Shown here piece after piece: positions 26,667-36,600 of a DNA stretch of 54,486 nucleotides. The translations under genes and the position numbers were made by a program. The notes beneath the pieces are model-generated. The model ran no database searches. It had not been told where the DNA came from and worked only from the letters and a program-made list of their open reading frames with translations. Origin of the DNA: a virus. Its lineage: Duplodnaviria; Caudoviricetes. How positions within the stretch are numbered: position 1 is the stretch's first letter; every line of letters starts with the position of its first letter. The DNA lies in the IMG/VR virus record IMGVR_UViG_3300031957_002087, positions 1 to 54,486 of that record. One strand, written 5' to 3'.

Positions 26667-26832
26667 CGGCCTCCATCGGTTCAGTTTCGCGCGCCGCAAG
26701 TTCGCGCTCGGCGGCGGCGAGAAGGAAGTCGGAACGGGACTCGCCCTGTCGCAAGGCAGCGTCGATCCGCGCCAGCGTTCCCTCGGGAAAGCGGGCAGGC
26801 GTTTGTTCGTGGTTCTTCTTCGGTCGCCCCAT
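26653..26832 (-). CDS. Ribbon-helix-helix regulator
   Basis: MGRPK...TPARFPEGTLARIDAAL..GESRSDFLLAAAEREL. Confidence 0.8.
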   Translation of the reverse strand: MGRPKKNHEQTPARFPEGTLARIDAALRQGESRSDFLLAAAERELAARETEPMEADDDA

Positions 26833-26880
26833 TCGCGCAGGGTGCATAGGGAAATCTCCGGGTCAAAGCGATTTTTTTCT

Positions 26881-26939
26881 GATATCGGATATTGCCAGTA
26901 AGTGATATCGGTTATACCTTGGGTATATGATATCACTTA
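26881..26939. promoter_or_regulatory. Divergent promoter/operator with GATATC boxes
   Basis: TAAGTGATATC (26899)...GATATCACTTA (26929-26939) inverted repeat with inner TATACC/GGTATA; third GATATC at 26881; AT-rich. Confidence 0.6.
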
Positions 26940-27205
26940 TCCTCCTTGCAAGCCTGTCGGGTGTTCAACTCCCGCCGGCGAAGTTCGACCATCCGCCACG
27001 GCAGAAGATGCACGTCCTGGAAGGGACGCACTCGGAAATTCAACGGACGTGCCGGGTGGCTTCAAAGTATCGCGGGGAGCGTGAAATCCTCGCCTGCGCC
27101 ATACCGAGCAAGAAGTTCTGCATCATCATCTGGCCGAAGGGAAAGCCGCGTTCCGGCGACCTTTGGCGGCATGAGCGGGCGCACTGCAACGGGTGGAAGC
27201 ACTAG
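26927..27205 (+). CDS. Small exported protein with HExxH motif
   Basis: Hydrophobic N-terminus MISLILLASL; four Cys; LWRHERAHCNGW. Confidence 0.65.
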   Translation: MISLILLASLSGVQLPPAKFDHPPRQKMHVLEGTHSEIQRTCRVASKYRGEREILACAIPSKKFCIIIWPKGKPRSGDLWRHERAHCNGWKH

Positions 27206-27248
27206 ACCGGCGTCCTTGTGGCGCCATGTCGCGACAAGGACAAAACTC

Positions 27249-28154
27249 ATGCTCGATCCCACGAAGCCGATCAAGTCGCCCGGTCTGTTTGATGCCGCGG
27301 CAGCCGGTGGCCAGTCCTATGATGGCTGGAACGCAGCCAACGGCGCCGACAAGCCGATGCCGTCGATCGCGCCCGCGCAGATCAACGACAGCATGGCCGA
27401 CAAGGTGACGAAGCTGACCAGCGAGGACAGCAAGCTCAACCAGATGGCCCGCACCGAGGGCCTGAAGTCTGCCAACCGTCGCGGGCTGCTCAATTCCTCC
27501 ATGGCAGTCGGCGCGGCTCAGGATGCCGTCCTCAAGAACGTACTGCCCATCGCCTCGCAGGATGCTGCTCAGGACTTCGCCCGCAACCAGGATGCCCGCT
27601 CATTCGAGTATTCCATGGCCGGCCAGAACGACGCGCAGGCATTCCAGCGCGATCAGGCCAACCTCGACCGGGCACTCGAGCTACAGGTGCAGCAGAACTC
27701 GATCTCTGCCGCGGAAGCCTTGCAGATCAGGGACATCGCCTCCCGCGAGGGCATGGCGGCGGCCGACCGCGCGCTTACCCAGTCCATGCAGGGTGCCGAC
27801 CGTGACCTGCAGAAGCTGATCTCAAGCTGGAACCTCGCATCGTCGGACCGCAATGCGGCGGCGCAGTTCATCTCGAACACGCAGTCGCTCTACAACTCTC
27901 AGGTACAGGCGATCGAGGCCAATACCAACCTCAGCAAGACCGACCGCGAGGCCCGCCTGCTTTCGGCCAAGAACCTGCACAACCTGCAAATGAGCCTCGT
28001 CGAGCAGATGTACGACATCGACATTACGTGGAACCCACCGGCTTCGCCGCCACCCGCGTCGGGCGGTTCGGGTAGCGGCTCGGGCTCTGGTTCGGGTAGC
28101 GGTTCGGGTTCGCAAGGCGGGGGTCGGCGCGGCCTATTCGACCGGTTTAGATAA
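27249..28154 (+). CDS. Ejection/DNA pilot-like internal virion protein
   Basis: AAGGA RBS; ANRRGLLNSSMAVGA, PIASQDA, Gln-rich coils, GS-rich tail. Confidence 0.7.
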   Translation: MLDPTKPIKSPGLFDAAAAGGQSYDGWNAANGADKPMPSIAPAQINDSMADKVTKLTSEDSKLNQMARTEGLKSANRRGLLNSSMAVGAAQDAVLKNVLPIASQDAAQDFARNQDARSFEYSMAGQNDAQAFQRDQANLDRALELQVQQNSISAAEALQIRDIASREGMAAADRALTQSMQGADRDLQKLISSWNLASSDRNAAAQFISNTQSLYNSQVQAIEANTNLSKTDREARLLSAKNLHNLQMSLVEQMYDIDITWNPPASPPPASGGSGSGSGSGSGSGSGSQGGGRRGLFDRFR

Positions 28155-28642
28155 TGATCCGTAACGCGACCTTCTCCGACATTCCGGCGATCGTCAGTTT
28201 CCTCCAACTCACCTACCTGCGCACGCACTATGCCATGTCCGGTCTGGCCGAGATCGACGTGCCGGAAACCAAGCGATTGCTGATGAACGGTATCCAGCGG
28301 CATGGTGGCAAGCATGGCGGGGCTTGCTGGGTTCAGGTTTCCGACAATGGCGCGGCGATCGACGGGCTGATGCTCGGAACTCTCGCAAGGGTCTATTCGA
28401 TCTTCAACCGGCTGATGGTGACGGACCTGTTCTGGGTGACATCGGAAGAGGCAGATGCAAGGGCTGCGATCGGGCTGATGCGGGGCATGCTTGACTGGGC
28501 CAAGACCTGCCCGCTGGTCATCGAGGCGCATTGCGGGACCACGGCCATCATCAACGGCGACCCGGGCAAGGCCGGCAAGATACTGGAGCACCTGGGCATG
28601 AAAACCTACGGCAATATCTATCGCATGGAGTTCGCACCATGA
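28154..28642 (+). CDS. GNAT-fold virion-region protein
   Basis: MIRNATFSDIPAIV...LM..MLDWAK...ILEHLGM. Confidence 0.7.
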   Translation: MIRNATFSDIPAIVSFLQLTYLRTHYAMSGLAEIDVPETKRLLMNGIQRHGGKHGGACWVQVSDNGAAIDGLMLGTLARVYSIFNRLMVTDLFWVTSEEADARAAIGLMRGMLDWAKTCPLVIEAHCGTTAIINGDPGKAGKILEHLGMKTYGNIYRMEFAP

Positions 28643-29397
28643 GCGGCATAGTCAGCGGCATCACGAAGGTCTTCACGTCGGTGGCATCCGGCGTTGCCAG
28701 CGTTGGCAAGAGCATCCTGGGCGTCGGCGCGACCCTGTTCACGGGCGGCGCGGCAAGTGGTGGCGCTCTTGGCAATGTGGTCAACAGCGTGTCGGGCGGC
28801 GGCGTGCTCGGCAACATCCTAACCGGGGCGATCAAGCAGGCTGGCATCGGGGCGCTCATTGGCGGGGCCGTGGGAGCCATGACAGGGGCGGGCTTCGGCA
28901 AGGGGGCAATGTATGGCGCGCTGGGTGGCGCGGTCACTGGTGGCCTGTCCGGGGCGGCAGGAAGCGGTCTATTCTCGGCAGCAGGGGTAACGCCGGCCGA
29001 TACCGCGACCGGGATGGCCGCAACGGGCTCGACCGCAGGCTCGGCCGCGCCATCGTCAATTGCGCAGGCGCCGGGCGTCACCACGGGCGGCGGCGGCTTT
29101 GGCCAGTTCCTCAACAGCGAGGCGGGCGGCGCGATGCTCGGCGGGCTTGGCGAGGGCATCATGGGCTATACCAAGATGAAGGCCGAAGAGAAGGAGCGCC
29201 AGCGCGACCGCGACTATCTGCTCGACAAGGAAATGCGGGTGCGCGACTCCTACGATGTTTCGCCCGAGGCATTGCCTGGCGGCGGCACGATGGCAGCCTT
29301 GCCGGAGACGCAGCGGCCTTCGCCGGCCCAGAAGTACCAGCGCACGCGCTACGACTACGACGAGGCCAGCGGCCGCGTGATCCGGGTGCCTGCCTGA
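28639..29397 (+). CDS. Gly-rich membrane-inserting ejection protein
   Basis: GGAG RBS; GxxxG hydrophobic repeats. Confidence 0.7.
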   Translation: MSGIVSGITKVFTSVASGVASVGKSILGVGATLFTGGAASGGALGNVVNSVSGGGVLGNILTGAIKQAGIGALIGGAVGAMTGAGFGKGAMYGALGGAVTGGLSGAAGSGLFSAAGVTPADTATGMAATGSTAGSAAPSSIAQAPGVTTGGGGFGQFLNSEAGGAMLGGLGEGIMGYTKMKAEEKERQRDRDYLLDKEMRVRDSYDVSPEALPGGGTMAALPETQRPSPAQKYQRTRYDYDEASGRVIRVPA

Positions 29398-29398
29398 C

Positions 29399-31852
29399 AT
29401 GGCGACCGATGACGGCCGCGGCTCGCAGCGCGACTATGGCGGCTCGCCGGGTTCCGGTGGGGCTGGCGCCGGTCGAGGCAGTTCGCCGGGTGGACCGACG
29501 GGCGGATCTTCGTCTTCCTCGTCGGGGTCCAGCGGATCGCGCGAAGCAGGCAACGCTTCCGACCGCGGCTCTGTCAGCGGCTATTCCGGCTCTTCGGGCT
29601 CGTCCGGCGGGCGCGATACGGGCGGGGCAGGTCCTGGCCGTGGTTCTTCCATGGGCGGCCCGTCGATCAGCGGCGGCGGCTCGATCGGCAGCAGCGGGTC
29701 TCGCGAGGCAGGTATCGCCGCGGATCGCAATTCCGTGTCGGGATATTCCGGTAGTGGCGGCTCGATCACCGCTGCGGGAAGCCGCGCGGCTGGTGTAGCG
29801 GCAGACCGCAACTCCGTCTCCGGCTATTCGGGTAGCGGGCTTTATTCCTCTGCCGGCCAGACGCCATCGTTCCGCGAGGCCGAGATCGCCTCCATGGCGG
29901 CCTATGACCGCTATCGCACGACCGATCTCGCAGCGCAGCACCGCGCCAGCGAAAACAAGAGCATGTCCGACTATGCTCTGGAGAAGACGCTATCGACCAT
30001 CCGATCGGCGGAAGCCGGCGTAACGAACCCCTACGACCGGCTGGTCGGCGGCGGGCCCGTGGACTATGCCGACCTGCGCAACATGACCGTCGCCGAGGTC
30101 ATGGAATATCAGAAGTCCATGCTCGCCAACGGGCACAAGTCCACAGCCATCGGCGCCTACCAGACCACCAAGACGACGCTCGGCGAGATGGTCGCGGAGC
30201 TCGGCATTCCGCTCGACGCGAAGTTCGACGAAGCAACCCAGGACCAGATTGCCAAGGGCCTTCTTGATCGGCGAGCATCGCAGTCGATCGTGGATGGCGC
30301 GCTCGATGTGGACCGGCTGGCAAACTCGCTGGCAAAGGAATGGGCCTCGTTCCAGACCAGCGACGGCAGGGGCTACTACGACGGCGACGGTCTCAACCAT
30401 GCATCGGTCTCCCACGATGTTGTCCGCGACCTCGCCGACGGTCTTGCCGCCTATGGCATCGTCGGGCCGGGCGAGCGCACCTCAACCCCTCCCTCGCAAG
30501 TCGCCAACAATGGCGCCTTCCCCAATACGACGACGGCCGTCCCAACGACCCGCGCATCGTTCGGCTCAAAATATCTCGGCGACGGGCTGGTCGAGAAGGC
30601 AGGGTTCTTCCCCAATGACATCGGCGCCGTGCCGACCTCGCGGCCGTCGCCTGTCGCATCCGCCTTCACGGGCAGGCCCGATGTTCCGGTAGGATCGCTG
30701 CCTGCCGCCCGCATGGGCACAACCGTTGCAGGCCGGCCAGACGTTCCCGTTGGCTCTCTCCCGGCGGCCCGAGCAGCAACGACCATTGCCGGGCGTCCTG
30801 ACGTGCCTGTAGGCGCGCTGCCGGCCGCGAGGGACATTCCGGCCTCCAACTTCCCCGCGCGCCCTGCCGGGCCTGCCACGGGGCTTCCTGCCGCTCGCTT
30901 CGAGGACAAGTACCTGGCGCCGCAGCGGCCCGACAACATGGCCTTTGGTGGACCGCAGGGCAATTTCAGTGTGGATCGTCCCGCGCCGCTTGATGCCGCA
31001 CCCGTCGGCGCCGTGGAGCGTGGCCCGTCGCTTGCCGCACCTTCGCCGTCCCGGCCCGACAATTTCGCGGCATCCGGGCCGAAAGGCGGCTTCTCCGTTC
31101 CGGCAATGGATCGCTCTGTCTCTCCCGCCACCCCGGGCGAGCTCGGCGGCATCGCCATGTCGAACCCGACCGGGCTTGGCGGACCTGGTGGCCTCTATGT
31201 TGGCGGCCAGCCGGCGCCGCAGGATGATCGCATCGCCAAGGGCAGGGCCGACGAAACCGCCTATTCGGCGTTCGAGGCGAACCGGGCGGCCGGCTTCTCG
31301 CAGATCGCGGATCGTCCGAAGTCCACCTCGCAGCAGATCGGCGAGGGCCTGTTCGGCGACGAAGACACCTATGTCGACGACGAGACGGTGCCGATCGCGG
31401 ACCTGCCGGAGCATCCGTCCGCACCGCGTCCGTCCGCACCTGTCGGCCCTGCCGCCACCCCGGCCAAGAAGGAAGACGACGACTCCATCGCCGAAGTCGT
31501 GGTTGCCGGCGGGCTGGACATTCTGGGCGGCATGGTCCCGGTGTTCGGAACAGGTCTCAGCGTGGTCAATGCGGGCCTTGCCATCACCGGCAACAAGACC
31601 GTTGGCCAGAGGATCGCGGACTACATTTTCGACGGCGACAACCAGTACCAGCCGGGGCAGGGCACACAGCGCACCGAGCGCGGCGACGGCACAGCGTCCG
31701 AATGGTTCAAGAGCGAGAGGTTCGCCAAGAAATACCTGCGCGCCGAGCCGGAAGAGCCGGAGACGCAGGTCGGATCAGGCTGGGTGGAAACGACCGGGCG
31801 GCCGACGCCGAAGCAACGCTACATCGACAACCGGGACAACTACGCCGGCTAG
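29399..31852 (+). CDS. Ejection protein with lysozyme-like/lytic transglycosylase domain
   Basis: IRSAEAG..Y...MTVAEV...AIGAYQ...KFDEATQD...LAKEWAS; low-complexity repeats on both sides. Confidence 0.75.
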   Translation: MATDDGRGSQRDYGGSPGSGGAGAGRGSSPGGPTGGSSSSSSGSSGSREAGNASDRGSVSGYSGSSGSSGGRDTGGAGPGRGSSMGGPSISGGGSIGSSGSREAGIAADRNSVSGYSGSGGSITAAGSRAAGVAADRNSVSGYSGSGLYSSAGQTPSFREAEIASMAAYDRYRTTDLAAQHRASENKSMSDYALEKTLSTIRSAEAGVTNPYDRLVGGGPVDYADLRNMTVAEVMEYQKSMLANGHKSTAIGAYQTTKTTLGEMVAELGIPLDAKFDEATQDQIAKGLLDRRASQSIVDGALDVDRLANSLAKEWASFQTSDGRGYYDGDGLNHASVSHDVVRDLADGLAAYGIVGPGERTSTPPSQVANNGAFPNTTTAVPTTRASFGSKYLGDGLVEKAGFFPNDIGAVPTSRPSPVASAFTGRPDVPVGSLPAARMGTTVAGRPDVPVGSLPAARAATTIAGRPDVPVGALPAARDIPASNFPARPAGPATGLPAARFEDKYLAPQRPDNMAFGGPQGNFSVDRPAPLDAAPVGAVERGPSLAAPSPSRPDNFAASGPKGGFSVPAMDRSVSPATPGELGGIAMSNPTGLGGPGGLYVGGQPAPQDDRIAKGRADETAYSAFEANRAAGFSQIADRPKSTSQQIGEGLFGDEDTYVDDETVPIADLPEHPSAPRPSAPVGPAATPAKKEDDDSIAEVVVAGGLDILGGMVPVFGTGLSVVNAGLAITGNKTVGQRIADYIFDGDNQYQPGQGTQRTERGDGTASEWFKSERFAKKYLRAEPEEPETQVGSGWVETTGRPTPKQRYIDNRDNYAG

Positions 31853-32169
31853 TTCTTGGTGGGGAAGCAGGCGCCTTCGTCGATGTCGCGGCATGTGATC
31901 TTCGCGTAGTCGACGGGAACCTTGTTCATGGAAGCACTGACCGCATCGCCTTCACCGAACGAGACCCGAAGGCCGTTGGCGTAGCCGTACTGCGCGCCGG
32001 ATGCATTGCCACACTGGAAGTCGGCCGCGGTGCTTTCGCAGGCATCCCCGATGCAGATTTCAGCGCGCGGCGCTGCGGTCTTCAGGGAGCCGTCGGTGAA
32101 ATTGGAGCACCCCGCCCAGGCGGGCGCGGTCATCAAGGCAAAAGCGGCGGCGGCAATAAGCCTGAACAT
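31849..32169 (-). CDS. Secreted Cys-containing protein (moron)
   Basis: GGAGG RBS; signal peptide MFRLIAAAAFALMTAPAWA; 6 Cys. Confidence 0.75.
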   Translation of the reverse strand: MFRLIAAAAFALMTAPAWAGCSNFTDGSLKTAAPRAEICIGDACESTAADFQCGNASGAQYGYANGLRVSFGEGDAVSASMNKVPVDYAKITCRDIDEGACFPTKN

Positions 32170-32241
32170 CGAAACCTCCATCGATCCCAACAGAGATCGT
32201 GCTGAATTTTGGCCGCGTCAAGGCAGATGAAGGAATATCCC

Positions 32242-32871
32242 ATGGAAGAACCATCCGCTCCGATGCCAGAAGGCAAGCCGATGCCGGCCGAAGCCGGGCC
32301 CGAAAAGGCCCCTGCAATGGGCGAGGAACAGCAGGCCAGCCCCGAGGAACAGGCTCAGTACGAGCACTTCATCGCCAAGGGCTACGAGATCATCTACGAC
32401 CAGAAGATGCTGCCCAAGATCATCGCCATGCTCGAGGGCGGCGGCGATCCGGTGGAAGGACTGGCCCGGGCGGCTTCGCTGGTCGTTGGCCGGCTGATCG
32501 ATCTGGCAACCAAGGCCGGCGACAAACTGCCGGGCGATGTCCTGCTGCACGCCGGAACCGCGGTGTTCGAGGATCTGGCGAACCTCTCCCGGGTCGCCAA
32601 GATCAAGGACTTCTCCACCGACCAGGATGCGTTCGAGGCGGCCTATTTCAAGGCGCTCGACATGCTTCGCCAGCGGTTGCAGGAGAGCGGCGGGATCGAC
32701 CAGGCGGCGGCGGCGGCCGATCTCGACAAGCTGCAGCAGATGGATCAGGCCGGCGAACTCGAAGCCATGTTCCGCAACCTTGCTCAGAAGGACGAGCAGG
32801 AGAGCGCCCCTCAGGACATGGGCGCGGAGCAGGCCGAGGCCCCGCGCGGTCTCATGCAGGAGGCGAACTGA
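32242..32871 (+). CDS. Conserved podophage protein (ejection module)
   Basis: AAGGA RBS; QASPEEQAQYE motif. Confidence 0.7.
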   Translation: MEEPSAPMPEGKPMPAEAGPEKAPAMGEEQQASPEEQAQYEHFIAKGYEIIYDQKMLPKIIAMLEGGGDPVEGLARAASLVVGRLIDLATKAGDKLPGDVLLHAGTAVFEDLANLSRVAKIKDFSTDQDAFEAAYFKALDMLRQRLQESGGIDQAAAAADLDKLQQMDQAGELEAMFRNLAQKDEQESAPQDMGAEQAEAPRGLMQEAN

Positions 32872-32872
32872 C

Positions 32873-33643
32873 ATGGCTGGTTTCGGGATGATCCTTGGCG
32901 GCGCGGTCAAGGGGTATGGCGAGGGCGTGCTTGCCGAGGCGCAGGCCAAGCGCAAGGCGGCGCTCGATGCCATCGAAGCGGAGCGGCAGGATCGCCGCAT
33001 TGCCGAGGATCGCGAGTTCCGCAGCCGCGAGGCCGAGATCGGCCGCACCGCGCAGTCCGAGGAAAACGAGAAGCAGCGCCAGTTCTCTGCCGGCGAGAAC
33101 GAGAAGAACCGCTCCACGCAGGGCACCTACAGCACGACGGATGATGGATCGTCGGTCTTCGTGCAGGGTGACAAGGCCAAGCCTGTGACCGGCGAGGATG
33201 GCAAGCCGGTGAAGATGGCGACGTCGAAGGATGCCAAGCCAGCCGAGATCGCGACCGCCGAATGGCTGGTGCAGCAGGGCGTGGCCGGCGATGTCAAGGA
33301 AGCCTGGGCGATGGTCCGGTCTTCCCGCACCGACCCGGAGAAGTCGCGCGCCGGCATTTACAAGGAATGGCTCCGAACGCTGAAGCCCGAGTTCGGCAAC
33401 GTCAAGGACCCTGCCAAGTTGCAGGAAGAGGCAACGCGGATGACCGAACAGACGATGCGGATGCTGGAGCAGGCGGATGCGCCGGCCGGCGACAAGCCCG
33501 CTCCCGGCAAGCGCCCCGCTGGTGTATCCGACGATGCGGTCATCAAGCAGGCGCAGGACGCTATCGCTGCCGGCGCCGACAAGGCCGCAGTGCGTACCCG
33601 GCTCATGGAAATGGGCATCGATCCCGCGGCGGCCGGCCTGTAG
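32873..33643 (+). CDS. Ejection protein
   Basis: AGGAGG RBS; MAGFGMILGGAVKGYG, coiled coil, C-terminal A.DAIAAGAD..AV..RL..MGI. Confidence 0.7.
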   Translation: MAGFGMILGGAVKGYGEGVLAEAQAKRKAALDAIEAERQDRRIAEDREFRSREAEIGRTAQSEENEKQRQFSAGENEKNRSTQGTYSTTDDGSSVFVQGDKAKPVTGEDGKPVKMATSKDAKPAEIATAEWLVQQGVAGDVKEAWAMVRSSRTDPEKSRAGIYKEWLRTLKPEFGNVKDPAKLQEEATRMTEQTMRMLEQADAPAGDKPAPGKRPAGVSDDAVIKQAQDAIAAGADKAAVRTRLMEMGIDPAAAGL

Positions 33644-36600
33644 ATGGACAACCTCTTTGGCGACCTGATCCCTGCTGCCCCGGCGGGCGGCGGGCTTTTT
33701 GACGACCTCGTTCCGAAGGCCAAGGAGCGCGCCACGGCGGGCCAGGCGTTTGGTCGCGGCGTCGATCAGGCCCAGGGCATGCTCTATGGCGGTGTGGAAG
33801 CCATCGGCGAGGCCGTTGGTTCAGAGACCATCACCGACTTCGGCCGTGAAGGGCGCGAGCGCAATGCCGAGGAAGCCGCTGCCTATCCAGAGCAGCAGTC
33901 AGCATTCGGCATTCGCAGCGCAGGCGATGCCGGCCAGTGGGCGAAGGAGACCTTTGCCGGCCAGGCCCCGATGCTGGCCGCACCTCTTGCCGGTGCCGTG
34001 GCCGGTGGCGCGATCGGTTCGGTCGTCCCTGTCGTCGGCACGACCATCGGCGCGCTGATCGGCGCGGCCATCCCGTCGTTCCTCATGGGTTCAGGCGAAA
34101 TTCAGGGGGCGATCAAGGAAAAGGACCCGGATGCGTCCGCTCCCGGCTATGCGCTGGGCGGTGGTGCTGCGGTTGCTGCCCTCGATACCGTTCTCCCCGG
34201 CAAGATCGGCACGCGGCTTCTGAAGGCTGCTGGCCTCGATATTGCAGAGCAGGTCGCCAAGAAAGTGCTGCTGACCCGTGTCGGAACGGAGATCGGCAAG
34301 GGTGCAGCGACGGAAGGCGTGACGGAAGCCATCCAGTCGGTCATTACCGAGGCGACGGCAGCACAGGCTACCGGGCAGGAACTATCGCCCGACTGGTGGC
34401 AGCAGGCAATCGAGGAAGGTCTGGCCGGCGCATTGATCGGCGGATCGGTGCAGGGCGCGACCGGCATCCCGACGCCGAAGGAAAAGGCGCTTGGTGTAGA
34501 TGCCGAGACTGGCCTTCCCGAGGGTGCTGCCCCGGCAGACACTCTATTCGGCGCAGAGCCGGGCACAGAGGCGGCGCCAGCGCGCGAAACGCCGTCGCCC
34601 CTTGATCGTGTCGTCCCCGAGCTAAAAGACGCTCCACGGCCCGCCAATGAGCCGATGCCGGTGGCTCCCGATCTCGACCGGGCAGACAGCCCGCGCCTGA
34701 CCGAAGCGGATCGCGCCTCCCCCTTGCCAAACGACCTGATCGACGATGGCAAGAGGATCATGGCCGAGGCGACCGGAGAGCCTTCGGTCGACGATGGTTC
34801 GATGCTGCGGGCCGCGCAGGAAGCCTATCCGGCACAGGAGATGCCGACGGCTCCCGATCTGGACCGCCGCGCGCCGGCCGGTGCGGAACTCTCCATTGCG
34901 CCCGATCTGGATACCGGCGTCTTTGCCGACCTGGTTCCGGCTTCCAAGGGTGAATGGCAGCAGTTCGGCCCGGAGACCGGTACGCTCAACATTCCCCGTT
35001 CCGAAATGCCACAGATCAAGGCCGAGCATCGCGGCGCCATGGTCAACTTCCTCGAAGCCAAGGGCATCGGCCATCGCGAAGAGACTGTTGCAGCCGGTGA
35101 CCTGAAGCCGACGCAGGCCGAGTTTTCGCGGTCCAAAGTCAACAAGGCCAAGGGTTTCGAGGGTGGTGACCGCTCCATCCTGGTATCCAGCGACGGCCAT
35201 GTTCTCGACGGGCATCACCAGTGGCTTGCCGCGCGCGAAGCCGGAGAGCCGGTCAAGATCATGCGGCTCGATGCTCCCATTGCGGACCTCCTGCCGCTGG
35301 CGCATGAGTTCCCGAGCTCGAAACTGTCCGTCGGCAAGACCAAGCGCGACACCGCGCCCCGCGACATCGTGCAATTCCTCGCCGCACAGGGCGGCATCCG
35401 CGACCATCGCGGCGAACTGAAGTCCGCAGGGGCCGCCAAGCATTTCGTGCCGGGTGTTGGCCGTCTGGTCCGCGACATCGGCATGGATCTGGACAAGGCC
35501 CGAGAAGCAGCGGAAGAGGCCGGCTATCTCGGACAGGCGGGCGAGTACCAGACCTCGACCGTTGCCGACCTGCTCAATGCCATCGACAGCACCTTGCGGG
35601 GCGAGCGGGTCTATTCCCGTGCGGATGCCGGCAGGGCAGAGGATCGACGGGCCTTGAACCAGCTTCAGGGCGGCGACAGCCGGCAGGTGGCCGTTCGCGA
35701 AGAACTCGAGGCCATCCTGAAGGAAGTCGGCGGCCGGCTGCTGCCCGGCGAGATCGACGAGGCTATGATCCTGATCACGCAGGAAGGGGCATGGCCCGAG
35801 GAAGCAATTGCCGAGGTGATGGAGCGCGGCGCTCTTGCCTTTGAGGCGGAAACCCACGACAATGCAGGCCAAGGAGAAGCCCGTTATGACGTCCCGTTTG
35901 ACACCGGAGCAGAGGACCGCGCTGGCGCACAAGCTGCTTATCCGGTCGGCAACCGGGAAGGGCCTGAGCAAAGAGCAGAAGCAGGAAGCCCGTCGCCACG
36001 CCGGGAACCTGGAGGCGGCGAACAAGCTCGAGCAGCGGATGCAAAACCGCAAGAAGCTGAACTAGCTACCGAGCGCGGTGCCGAAGGCAAGCCGCAGGCC
36101 GTCATCCCCGGGGCAGAGCGCGCGTCTGACGCCACCATGGCGCAGCGCAAGGCTGATGCCCCTCTCAAGGCCAAGGTAGAGCAGAAGGACGTCGGCGGGC
36201 TGTTTGGGGACGACTCCAAGCAGACCGACCTGATGGACCTGCCGGGCGCGAGGGGCGAGCCGAAATTCTCCCGCCGCGCGATCACGGACACCGACGCCTT
36301 CAAGCGTTGGTTCGGATCGTCAAAGGTCGTCGACGAGAACGGCGAGCCGATGGTCGTGTACCATGGGACGCAAGAGAAGATCAAAGCATTCACTGGCAAG
36401 CGCGAAGTCTGGCTTGGCGGCTCGGATGACAATGTGGTGGATGCAGAGGTCGCCTTCTTCACAGATAACCGATCAACAGCCCGCTCTTACGGGAAGAACA
36501 CGACGCCATCATACCTCTCGCTCCAGAACCCGCTGATCGTCGATGCGGGCGGGGCCAACTACTCAGGGTTTGTGCCAGCCGCTTATATCGGAGAGGCGCT

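Noticed and set aside
28060-28125. GGTTCG-like repeats as a DNA repeat element
   Set aside because: Explained by a (GS)n protein tail with varied codons
30669-30830. Approx. 60-nt periodic repeats as a CRISPR-like array
   Set aside because: In-frame degenerate peptide repeats (GRPDVPVGSLPAAR) with synonymous variation; no cas genes
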